A stretch of 64,000 bases of DNA from an uncultured Ignavibacteriaceae bacterium. GTDB lineage: Bacteria; Bacteroidota; Ignavibacteria; UBA10030. Below the pieces are notes generated by a model, which was given only the letters and a program-made list of their open reading frames with translations, did not search any database and had not been told where the DNA came from. Both the position numbers and the translations under genes were made by a program. The stretch is from assembly GCA_964534125.1 (NCBI GenBank), contig CAZHOJ010000003.1:265188-329187 (forward strand), given 5' to 3'. Shown here piece by piece: positions 54,436-63,216 of the stretch (the stretch's first letter is position 1; each line of letters begins with the position of its first letter).

Positions 54436-55340
54436 CGCGCGCCCTTCTCGTCTCCCCGGAAGCCAGCTCAGCGATCCTCTCGGCACAGAAGAAATTGCCG
54501 CAAAGAACCTGCCCGACGAATACCTGCCTGCTGAATACCTGCAGGCAGGCGCATAGAACGCAGAATCGTAAGAAACATTCGTTATGTGTTCTTTGTGTTC
54601 TCTGTGGCAAAGTGCTTTGGGGGTGGCTTCTCGCATCTCCCCTCCTGCTCCACGCACAGTCCCTCACCGGTGATGAGATCCTTCAGCGGGTCGATAGGAA
54701 CATGTTCTCCGAGAACAGGATCATTACCTCGCGAATGGTCATACACGGCCGCCGGGGGGACAGGACCGTAGAGTCGAGATCGTGGCAAAGGGGCACGAAC
54801 GAAGCCTTCACCGAGTTCCTCGCCCCGGCGCGGGAGAAGGGGACCAAGATGCTGAAGCTGGAGGACCGATTGTGGACATATTCCCCCTCCACCGACCGGA
54901 CCATCCTCATATCCGGCCACATGCTCCGCCAGTCCATCATGGGTTCTGACCTCTCGTACGAGGACATGATGGAGGACCCGCATCTTCCGAACATCTACAG
55001 CGCCGCGATTGCCGGAGAAGAGACGGTCATCGGAAGGACATGCTGGGTGCTGGAGCTGAAAGCAAAGCGGGAGGACATCGCATACGATAGCCGGAAAGCA
55101 TGGGTGGACAAGGAGCGCTACATCGTGCTGAAGGAACACCTGTTCGCCAAGAGCGGCACACTCCTGAAGACGCTCGAGGTGAGTGAAGTCAGGCAGGTGC
55201 AGGACCGATGGGTAGGGACGTCAGCGCTCTACAAAGATGCGTTGAAAGAGGGGGAAGGAACGGAATTCCACATCGATTCGGTCGTTTTCGACACTTCCAT
55301 ACCGGCACATTACTTCACGAAGGCGGCGTTGCGGCGGTAG
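54432..55340 (+). CDS. Outer-membrane lipoprotein-sorting (LolA-like) protein
   Basis: The mature part (..LTGDEILQRVDRNMF..TKMLKLEDRLWTYSPS..WVDKERYIVLK..) is LolA-like. ATG 54432 overlaps the permease stop, but codons 1-60 are repeat DNA. The signal-peptide-like core starts near GTG 54612, so the start is uncertain. Confidence 0.7.
   Translation: MTRALLVSPEASSAILSAQKKLPQRTCPTNTCLLNTCRQAHRTQNRKKHSLCVLCVLCGKVLWGWLLASPLLLHAQSLTGDEILQRVDRNMFSENRIITSRMVIHGRRGDRTVESRSWQRGTNEAFTEFLAPAREKGTKMLKLEDRLWTYSPSTDRTILISGHMLRQSIMGSDLSYEDMMEDPHLPNIYSAAIAGEETVIGRTCWVLELKAKREDIAYDSRKAWVDKERYIVLKEHLFAKSGTLLKTLEVSEVRQVQDRWVGTSALYKDALKEGEGTEFHIDSVVFDTSIPAHYFTKAALRR
54476..54606 (+). repeat. Intergenic-type repeat family R2, forward copy (lies inside the 5' extension of the next ORF)
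   Basis: Its ends match the inverted copy at 24495-24586. The interior carries GAATACCTGC x2 and a CCTGCCTGC..GCAGGCAGG hairpin. Confidence 0.6.
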
Positions 55341-55448
55341 CGGACCGATCCACGCTGTCACCCGCTTTCTCATTTCTGGTGTATCCCCAATTTTAGGGAT
55401 TGACTCGGTTCGTCGGCGGTGGCATATTTGCTGACAGGCAAACCGGTC

Positions 55449-58202
55449 ATGGGTCCCGTCACTTCAATCCTTCCTCTTCGGAAACTCCACACCGGGGTCC
55501 TCATTCTTCTGGCCCTGCTCCTGCCTGCGTCAGCTCCTGCGGACGTGCATGCCTCCGACTCTTCCGTTGTGCGCGACACGACATCGCGTGCACCCCAGCA
55601 AGGCACTGCCTGGACATCATACAGCATCTCGCGTGATGACCTCCTCGCCTACCCATCCCAGGAGCTCAGCGACTACCTCGAACTCATCCCCGGCGTCACG
55701 AAGGTCGACGGGCAGATCCACTTCCGCGGAGCGCGGCAGGACGCGGTCTTCTATGGCCTCGACGGTTTTGGAATCACTAACCCCGTCACGAACTCTCCCA
55801 TCCTCTCCCTCATCCCCGAAGCGGTCAGTCGCATCGATGTGCATACAGGAGCATACGGCGCTGCGTACGGCAGGTCCACAGGAGGGCTTGTTCTGAGCAG
55901 CATGCGGCAGGGAGGCGACACGTTCGGGTTCACCGCTTCCGCCCGCACGGACGAACTCGCCAGACCTGGGGAACAGGTACTTGGGACGACGGTGCAGGGA
56001 TACCGACGGCTCGCATTGACGGCCTCAGGGCCGGTGGTGAGCGGCATCCGCTTCTTTGTCGCCGGCGAACACCGGTTCGCACACAATCGTCAGCCGATGT
56101 TCCTCGAGCCGTTCAGGTTCGACAGTCTGCGGGTCGATCGGAACAGCAGTTACTATGATTCATCCCTCCCGGATGATCAGCAGGTGCTTCTTCCTGGCCC
56201 CGTCGAGTTCCGGCGGAACTATGTACCCAGCAACTTCCAGGAGAGCAACACCGCGCAAGGGAACATATCGATCGATATCGAAGGCGCCACGATGCTCTTC
56301 CTGGCGAGCGTGAATTCGACAGAGACAGCACAGGGTGGATGGCCGTGGGTGCGCGAGAACTACTACCGGCAGAACAGGAGAATGACCGAACAGAGCTCGA
56401 CCACATTCATAGGGGTGAGGCTGACACAGCAGAGACATCAAAGGTTCCGATATTCGATCTCGTACGGATATTCACGGCAGAAACGGATCCTCGTGGACCC
56501 GCATTTCGGGGAAGAATGGAAACTGTACTCTGACAGTCTCTTAAACGCACTGGCTGGCTTCACCGGATTCAGGTACAGGTATAGCGGATTTCCGCCATCG
56601 TATGCCACGCTTGGAGGATTGGTGTTCGCACACCCGTTTGCCCCCAACGCGTCGTATGAGAAGTTCGACGAGCTCTCACATCAGGTCTCCTTCGCCGGCG
56701 AGGCGTTTCCCATCGACCTCTGGACGGTCCGCTTCGGTGCCGCATACGAGACGTGGACCTTGCGGAAATACTCGCTCCAAAGAGTTGATTACCTGATGCA
56801 GTATGGCATCGGCCGCGATCAGGTGTATCGGAACGAGGCTGACCGGCATGCTCAGATGATAAGGTTGGGGGGAATCCGAACGTACGGATTCGATCCTGAC
56901 GGCGGCAACGTCGATACGGGTCCATACTCCCCGTACAAACCGGATGCGACCTCCGCGTATGTCGATAACGAATTCCACGAAGAGGCGTGCCGCCTGAACT
57001 TCGGTTTCCAGTATGAACGGTATCATCCACGCCTCCGCTACTATCCCGATGAGAACAACGTTCCTTACGTGTGGAGCATCGACCTGCCCAACGATACAGT
57101 TGCGCTGATAACCACACCGCACGAGGAGGTGCTTCCCCGCATCTCCGCCTCTTTCGCTGCCACCGCGTCGCTGTTGCTGCACTTTTCATTCGGCAGGTAC
57201 GCACAGTTCCCTGAGCTCAAGGACCTGCTGACAACGTCATTGGATAGAGATTACTCACGAAATCTCCGATTTCAGGCCAAAGGGGGACAGGTGCCGTCGG
57301 GTGAGGTCCGCCCCGAACGATCCTCCCAGATGGAGGTCGGGGTCGACTGGCGAAACACCGGGGGTACGTGGGCAGTCTCAGGGACGGCCTTTCGGAAGGT
57401 GCTCCCCAATCAGCTCGCGCTGGCGGAGTTTGACTCGGCGAGGGACGGCTCCGTGTTCGTCTTCAGGAACGAAGGCGAATCCTCGATTCTGGGGATGGAA
57501 ATGCTCTGTTCCCTCCGACCATCAGACCGATTCTCAGCGTCGATTCGCTACACGTACGCGGGTATGAAGGGGACACAAACATATCCGAAGTCCAACTGGG
57601 CAATACTGTATCTGGACCAGGTATACCGGCCCGATGCATTCTATGAACCCGATTACGCCCGATCGCACACGATTCACGTGATAGCCGACCTCCATTTCCT
57701 CCCCGAGGATGGCCCATTCCTCGAGGGACTGCGGATCGTTCCGGTCCTATCCATGCTCAGCGGGCGTCGCTATACCAGGGAGCATGAATTCTGGTGGCTG
57801 GGATCGACAAACCCATGGCGGATGGGAGTGCGGACGCTCGACGATCCCCGGCTCTCTGAACCGGTTGAACCGACCAACTCATCCACGACACCGTGGATCC
57901 TCAACTGCGACCTGCATGTGTCGAAACTCTTCGCCATCGGGCCGGTTCGTGCTTCTCTGACGGTCGACATCCTGAACCTGCTGGACAGCAAACAAGCGGA
58001 GAATGTCTATCCCGTGACCGGGAAGTCCGAGGATGACGGTTGGCTGAACAATTCCATGTCCCGGTATTTCACGTACCCCGGATATCGTGAAGGATATCAG
58101 ATACTGAACAATCAGAACCGTGAGCACTACTTCAAGGCGACGGGAGTCGATATCTATCGGCCGCCGAGGCAGTTCAGAGTGGGAGTGAGGGTGGAGATGT
58201 AA
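55449..58202 (+). CDS. TonB-dependent receptor (plug plus 22-strand-barrel size class)
   Basis: Signal peptide. Plug motifs (LELIPGVT, IHFRGARQDAVFYGLDGF, VSRIDVHTGAYGAAYG). About 900 aa, Tyr/Gly/Asn-rich barrel. The ATG at 55449 is the one conserved in the relic copy. Confidence 0.85.
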   Translation: MGPVTSILPLRKLHTGVLILLALLLPASAPADVHASDSSVVRDTTSRAPQQGTAWTSYSISRDDLLAYPSQELSDYLELIPGVTKVDGQIHFRGARQDAVFYGLDGFGITNPVTNSPILSLIPEAVSRIDVHTGAYGAAYGRSTGGLVLSSMRQGGDTFGFTASARTDELARPGEQVLGTTVQGYRRLALTASGPVVSGIRFFVAGEHRFAHNRQPMFLEPFRFDSLRVDRNSSYYDSSLPDDQQVLLPGPVEFRRNYVPSNFQESNTAQGNISIDIEGATMLFLASVNSTETAQGGWPWVRENYYRQNRRMTEQSSTTFIGVRLTQQRHQRFRYSISYGYSRQKRILVDPHFGEEWKLYSDSLLNALAGFTGFRYRYSGFPPSYATLGGLVFAHPFAPNASYEKFDELSHQVSFAGEAFPIDLWTVRFGAAYETWTLRKYSLQRVDYLMQYGIGRDQVYRNEADRHAQMIRLGGIRTYGFDPDGGNVDTGPYSPYKPDATSAYVDNEFHEEACRLNFGFQYERYHPRLRYYPDENNVPYVWSIDLPNDTVALITTPHEEVLPRISASFAATASLLLHFSFGRYAQFPELKDLLTTSLDRDYSRNLRFQAKGGQVPSGEVRPERSSQMEVGVDWRNTGGTWAVSGTAFRKVLPNQLALAEFDSARDGSVFVFRNEGESSILGMEMLCSLRPSDRFSASIRYTYAGMKGTQTYPKSNWAILYLDQVYRPDAFYEPDYARSHTIHVIADLHFLPEDGPFLEGLRIVPVLSMLSGRRYTREHEFWWLGSTNPWRMGVRTLDDPRLSEPVEPTNSSTTPWILNCDLHVSKLFAIGPVRASLTVDILNLLDSKQAENVYPVTGKSEDDGWLNNSMSRYFTYPGYREGYQILNNQNREHYFKATGVDIYRPPRQFRVGVRVEM

Positions 58203-58513
58203 GAAACTAGTGGGCAGTGGTCACTTCGCAGTATTCAGAATGCTTGCTCCTATCCGAAAGGCACGATCTACTGCTTTATACCAAAGACCCGAAAACGACA
58301 GTTCTGTCATCGATACTACACGGCAATGTGATCAGCGCACTGCACATGAGCTTTCAGTCCTTCGGTTTGTCCCTCTCGACGTGCAGTGCGGTGGACGTTT
58401 ACCCGCCGGTATTTTTGGCGGGCGCCCCGAAGTCGTCCCCAAGAGCGCCGAGGGGCGCTTCAGAGAGCCGTGTACAGTGGTCACGATTCGTTTTCGGGCC
58501 TGGTTTCTTTCTG

Positions 58514-58545
58514 TGCTACTCTTTCTTTCCAAAGAAAGAGTAGCA
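58514..58545. repeat. 15-bp hairpin (TGCTACTCTTTCTTT/AAAGAAAGAGTAGCA), family R4 copy A
   Basis: Read directly. The flanks GTTTCTTT..CAACA are shared with the copy at 61946-61978. Confidence 0.7.
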
Positions 58546-58600
58546 ACATGTATCTCATAGAGGACATTCCCGCCTTCATTGGCACTTCGGGGAAAATGGG

Positions 58601-58767
58601 TAGAAGCTATCTCAAAAATACCCTCCACAGGATGGTTTCTCGCAAAACTCGCAACGAAGGCAGCGCCCGCAACGCAAAAACATAACATAATGTAGGGTTC
58701 TCACGTTGCGATCTCTCTTTGTTACCGTGGCGGTCGTTGCGTGAGATGTTTTTGAGATGGCTTCTAG
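58601..58767 (+). mobile_element. MITE-like element R1, diverged copy 3
   Basis: Ends TAGAAGCTATCTCAAAAA / TTTTTGAGATGGCTTCTAG (near-perfect TIR). The core aligns with copies 1 and 2 (GGTTTC.CGC..CTCGCAACG..CGCAACG..GCGGTCGTTGCG). It ends 16 nt before ATG 58783. Confidence 0.65.
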
Positions 58768-58782
58768 CCACAAATTGACCAC

Positions 58783-61467
58783 ATGATCTACCGGCAGCAT
58801 CTAATATTGGCTGCTTGCGCTCTGGTGTCGGCCGCAGCCCAAAAGAAGGACGGGATTCCATCACCTCATCCCTCCCTGCCCAAGACCGCCCAGACCAAGA
58901 ATGCCGCCATCCTGAACATCAACAACTACACGACATGGCAGCGGTCGGGAGGCCAGGGTCAAATGCCGCCCAGCAATGGAGGAAATGGAGGGGTCTTTCC
59001 GCGCGGGACCGCGTGGGTCATGTACGCCGATGGTTTCATCTGGGGGGCCAAGACGTACGCGGATCCAGCATATACACAGCCAACGTCGCAGCTGATCCGC
59101 GTCGGGGGGAGCACATACAACGAGGGGAACAAAGTCGGATGGGTCGAGGGGTTCGGTCCGACAGCCCGCGCTGTATCGTCCGACGATCCGCGGGCGCGGA
59201 TCTATCGTATCCGGCGCGACTATGCATCCATGTTGTATTGGGAATTGACTCGCGATGCCGCCGAGAACGGGGAGACCTCCACAAGTCTTGTGACCGCATC
59301 CGCCATGGCAGAGGTGCTCCGGCAATATGAAACTGACTGGAACGAATGGCCGGTAGACCTGGGCGCCCCGTACATCGAGCGGAATGGCAACCCCGGCTAC
59401 CAGAAGCCGCCACCCTTCAGCGACGGCTTTACACATGACTCGCTCATATCGGGCAAGTATGACGAACCGGGGATTGCAGGGAGCGACCCATACCTTCCCG
59501 GCGACCAGGTCATCTGGTTCGTCTGCAATGACCTGAACATTTCGCAGATGCAGTCCTTCGCGGGCAGCAATCCGATGGGACTGGAGGTCCAGATGACGCT
59601 TTGGGCGTATGACCGCTCCGACTGGTTCGGCAGCGTATACATGAAGAAGCTCATCATGATCAACAAAGGTGGCGGGCTGGTCAACGATACGACGAGAGGT
59701 GCACTCTACCTCGACAGCGTCTTTGTTGGACAATGGTCAGATCCGGACGTCGGCCGCTACACCGACGATCTCATCGGATACGACACCTCCCTCGCACTTG
59801 CATTCGCCTATAACGGCAATCGGGTGGACGAAGAATATGCCCGGTTCGGTCTCCCCCCTCCCTCGGCAGGTTACGACTGGCTCCAAGGGCCCATCGTGCC
59901 TTCACCCGGCGATACAGCGATTCAGCGGCTTATGCTGCTCCCCGGCTATCGCAACCTCCCGCCGACATCGTTCGTGCATGTTGCCTCTCTGGCCATGGAG
60001 GACGCATGGTTCTATGAACTCACGCAGAGGTATTGGAGACTGCTGCGGGGATTTGCGCCCGACCCATCCCCGAGTCCGCTCCGTTACTACCCAACACCCC
60101 CTGGGATCGCTCAGACAACATTTCTCTTCACGGGAGATCCTGTCAGCGGTTCGGGATTCCTCGATGGCCTGGACTGGCTTACGCCAGGAGACAGGCGATT
60201 TGTCCTCGGCTGCGGCCCGTTCAGGCTAGCTCCTGGAGATACACAGGAGATCATTGTAGCAGGAGTCGCCGCGCTCGGAGCCGATCGTCTTTCCAGTATA
60301 TCAGCTCTGAGATTGCATGACCGGGCCGTCCAGGATGTCTATGACGCATCTCTTGATTTTCCCCGGGCTCCTGCTCCCCCACGCGTTACTGCTATTGAGC
60401 TCAATTCAGAGGTCATTCTTGAATGGGGAAGCCCGGCCGGGTTTGTGAGCGAGAATGAGGGGCTTGTTGTTGCCGGGAAATACAATTTCGAGGGTTACGT
60501 CGTCTATCAGCTTCCACGAAGTGATGCTCCTCTCTCCGAAGCGGTCCGAGTCGCCACATTCGACAAGGTCAACGATATCTCAACGATCCTCGGCATAACG
60601 ATGGACCCGGTGTCAGGGGCGTTGATCCCCATCCTCAGACAGAAGGGCACGAATACGGGGCTGAAGCGGTCGATACGGATCACTCGGGACGCCATTTCTG
60701 ACCATGACCTGCGCAACGGGACGGACTACTACTTTGCTGTGACGGCTTATAACGCAGCGGTCGATCCTCTTGGCGTGGCCAGCCAGGAGAGCGACCCGGT
60801 GGCGATCCACGTCCGTCCTGCAACTCCGTTCGGAGCATCCGGCCTCTTGAACTACGGTGACACCATCGCGGTGTCACACACCTCCGGGAGCGGCACAGGG
60901 ACAGTGCTCCCCACGGTGGTCAATCCACTCGCCTCGACCGGGAATACCTATGAGGTACGGTTCAACCCCGGCGGGACCGGCATCGTCTGGTCGCTCTGGA
61001 ATGTCACCGAAAACAGATCGATTGCATCCGACCTGCCCCTCCACTCCGGACCGGATGATCCGCCGATTGTCGAAGGCGGATTGCTCCTGAAGGTTTCCGG
61101 ATCGTTCAGCACAACAGACGTATTTCGATACGAGACTGCTGCTATCGACAGCAGCTGGACAGCGGTTCAGGAGAGTATTGAGCGCATCAGCGTCTATCCC
61201 AATCCAACCAACGGCGAATCGTGGGCGATGTTCTCCAACCTGCCGCGGCATGCCGTCATCCGGATCTTCAGCCTGACGGGAGAACAGGTGCGGAAGCTCG
61301 AGAAGAACGATCCTTCCCAGTTCCTCCGCTGGGACCTTATGAACGAGGCAAGCAGGCAGGTCGCAAGCGGCATCTACCTGTGCGTGGTCGAAATGCCGGA
61401 CCTGAATCAGACGAGGGTACTGAAGCTTGCGGTGATACAGTCCCGGGTGTACCCGGGAGGGTGGTGA
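58783..61467 (+). CDS. 894-aa secreted protein of unknown function with a T9SS C-terminal sorting domain
   Basis: Signal peptide MIYRQHLILAACALVSAAAQ. CTD is ISVYPNPTNGE..IRIFSLTGEQV..GIYLCVV..RVLKLAVIQ. No catalytic motif recognised. Confidence 0.8.
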   Translation: MIYRQHLILAACALVSAAAQKKDGIPSPHPSLPKTAQTKNAAILNINNYTTWQRSGGQGQMPPSNGGNGGVFPRGTAWVMYADGFIWGAKTYADPAYTQPTSQLIRVGGSTYNEGNKVGWVEGFGPTARAVSSDDPRARIYRIRRDYASMLYWELTRDAAENGETSTSLVTASAMAEVLRQYETDWNEWPVDLGAPYIERNGNPGYQKPPPFSDGFTHDSLISGKYDEPGIAGSDPYLPGDQVIWFVCNDLNISQMQSFAGSNPMGLEVQMTLWAYDRSDWFGSVYMKKLIMINKGGGLVNDTTRGALYLDSVFVGQWSDPDVGRYTDDLIGYDTSLALAFAYNGNRVDEEYARFGLPPPSAGYDWLQGPIVPSPGDTAIQRLMLLPGYRNLPPTSFVHVASLAMEDAWFYELTQRYWRLLRGFAPDPSPSPLRYYPTPPGIAQTTFLFTGDPVSGSGFLDGLDWLTPGDRRFVLGCGPFRLAPGDTQEIIVAGVAALGADRLSSISALRLHDRAVQDVYDASLDFPRAPAPPRVTAIELNSEVILEWGSPAGFVSENEGLVVAGKYNFEGYVVYQLPRSDAPLSEAVRVATFDKVNDISTILGITMDPVSGALIPILRQKGTNTGLKRSIRITRDAISDHDLRNGTDYYFAVTAYNAAVDPLGVASQESDPVAIHVRPATPFGASGLLNYGDTIAVSHTSGSGTGTVLPTVVNPLASTGNTYEVRFNPGGTGIVWSLWNVTENRSIASDLPLHSGPDDPPIVEGGLLLKVSGSFSTTDVFRYETAAIDSSWTAVQESIERISVYPNPTNGESWAMFSNLPRHAVIRIFSLTGEQVRKLEKNDPSQFLRWDLMNEASRQVASGIYLCVVEMPDLNQTRVLKLAVIQSRVYPGGW

Positions 61468-61945
61468 GGGCGGGGATGATCTCTGACGAGTAGGGAGTAC
61501 GGAGAGATCAGCAGATTCTCCGAGAGTGGGGACTTGGCACTGGGGAGAAGACTTGGAACGAGGACGGATTCGGGACAATGGAGAGAGCGGTAGAGCTGTT
61601 GGGAGTGGCTGGGTTTGCCTACAGACACATGTGGCACCCCTACGGGGTGCTCCCCGTTTCCGTAGGCCAAAGTTAGAAACCTTCGACCCCTATCGGGGTC
61701 GGACGACGGGATGTTCATGATCGCCTGGAGGATATCGAGTTATACCAGCGGGCTCAGCTGCCCGCACGAAATCATTCGGCAGGAAACCTTGTTCTCCTAG
61801 CGGAAAGAGACCTTCCGGGAACGGCTCGCGCTCATTTAATTCCCTCGACGCTGTGGTAGTCGATCTTCTACTGGTGTCGAGGGAATTAGTCTAGCGGTTG
61901 AACGCGAGCCGCGTGAGGCTTTGATTTCGTGCAAGTTTCTTTTTC

Positions 61946-61978
61946 TGCCGCTTTTTCTTTCTAAAAGAAAAAGCGGCA
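61946..61978. repeat. Hairpin family R4 copy B (TGCCGCTTTTTCTTT/AAAGAAAAAGCGGCA)
   Basis: Read directly. The outer stem bases differ from copy A with compensating changes. Confidence 0.7.
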
Positions 61979-62023
61979 ACAAGAGGATATGGCACTCATG
62001 TGGAATCGTTGGCCCGACCAAAT

Positions 62024-62082
62024 GTCATCACCGCATGCTTCTGGTGGCCTGCCCGACTGACGCCAGGCAGGCGGGGGTGACG
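62024..62082 (-). repeat. Inverted copy of the M+H palindromic modules
   Basis: The reverse complement reads CGTCACCCCCGCCTGCC..GGCAGGCC..AGAAGCATGCGGTGATGAC, matching the modules at 35821-36035. Confidence 0.6.
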
Positions 62083-62287
62083 CAGCTCATAGTGGGCATC
62101 TCCACCTTCCATCGCTTCTATCTGCGCCCCACCGAAAAGATCCGGAGTCAGCCTTCTGCTGCGAATCCGAAGGCAGACTTCTGTTAATGCTTTTCACTTT
62201 CCTCAATATAGTAGTAACTCCCAACTTCATCGATTTCTCAGCAACGGGAATTGCGGCTCAGTATATTCTGCTGACCTGAACGGAGTC

Positions 62288-62362
62288 CCCCAGAGACTGG
62301 GGACACTGGAAATCTGAACAACGCCTCTGGAGAGTGCTTCGGCATTCGAGAGAGGCATTTTT
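62288..62362 (+). repeat. Two-hairpin element, copy B (the second hairpin is an intrinsic terminator with a UUCG-type loop)
   Basis: CCCCAG-AGA-CTGGGG (62288-62302), linker ACACTGGAAATCTGAA, GCCTCT..GAGTGC-TTCG-GCATTC..AGAGGC (62323-62356), then ATTTTT. Confidence 0.65.
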
Positions 62363-62390
62363 CATTTGTATCCCTCCTGTGAGGCAGACA

Positions 62391-63179
62391 ATGATGCGAC
62401 CTTGGAGTATGATCCTGCTGATGTCTTTCGCCATGTGCATGGCAGCGTACGGACAGGAAATTCAGGACGTCCTCATCCTCAAGGACGGCACCCGCCTCGT
62501 CGGATTCATCGAAACGATCGTGCCGGACAAGAGCGTGACACTGCGATCGTCGGACGGGACACTCTACGTCCTCGATTGGGACAGGATCGAAAGGATCGAG
62601 AAGGCACCACGGACTCCGGAGATCACCCCAGGAACCCCCGCGACCGCTCCGAAGCCATACAAACCGGGACTTGAATCCTGGTACGCCTACCTTTCACTCG
62701 GATATGCCTGGACATCCCTTCCGGCAGGCACCCGGCAATACATCGACCAGTTCATCCAGCCTCTCGATCCCTCGCATGTCGCTGTCGCCGTCGACTTCCT
62801 CGGCTTCTACTGGCCCCTTGCGAACGAACGGACGCTCATCGGCTGCGTCATCACCGGAGCTGCGGACCGGTACACCTATACGGACGGGCTCTCCAATTCC
62901 AAAAGCATACAGTTCAATCAGTACCTCTACGCTGCAAGCATGATGCATTTCTTCGGAGAGATCCCCGGAGATGGCCCGTATCTCCGCGGTGAGCTGGGAA
63001 TAGCAGCTTTGGCCAGCGAACTGGATACTGAAAGCGGTTTTGGGTTGCAGGTGAGTGGCGGGTATGGGATCGTTCTCTCAGTCGAAACACGCATCCTTGT
63101 GCAGGCAGGATTTGCTTACAGGCGTCTCGACAGCGGTGACGCTACAACGTGGACCATTACCATCGGCTGGCTTTTATAG
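62391..63179 (+). CDS. Small outer-membrane beta-barrel-like protein with an N-terminal SH3-like module
   Basis: Signal peptide MMRPWSMILLMSFAMCMAAYGQ, then the module VLILKDGTRLVGFIETIVPDKSVTLRSSDGTLYVLDWDRIERIE, a Pro-rich linker, and a Gly/Tyr/aromatic strand pattern. Confidence 0.7.
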   Translation: MMRPWSMILLMSFAMCMAAYGQEIQDVLILKDGTRLVGFIETIVPDKSVTLRSSDGTLYVLDWDRIERIEKAPRTPEITPGTPATAPKPYKPGLESWYAYLSLGYAWTSLPAGTRQYIDQFIQPLDPSHVAVAVDFLGFYWPLANERTLIGCVITGAADRYTYTDGLSNSKSIQFNQYLYAASMMHFFGEIPGDGPYLRGELGIAALASELDTESGFGLQVSGGYGIVLSVETRILVQAGFAYRRLDSGDATTWTITIGWLL

Positions 63180-63216
63180 CCTGTCACAGAGGCCCAGTCG
63201 CCGACAGAGAGAATCT

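Noticed and set aside
55341-55448. A cobalamin or other riboswitch in front of the TonB-dependent receptor.
   Set aside because: The leader is only ~105 nt and shows no B12-box-like core. It is too short for the known receptor-associated riboswitch classes.
61441-61458. The palindrome TCCCGGG-TGTA-CCCGGGA at the 3' end of the 894-aa gene as a terminator.
   Set aside because: It lies inside the coding sequence just before the stop and has no T-run. It is probably incidental.
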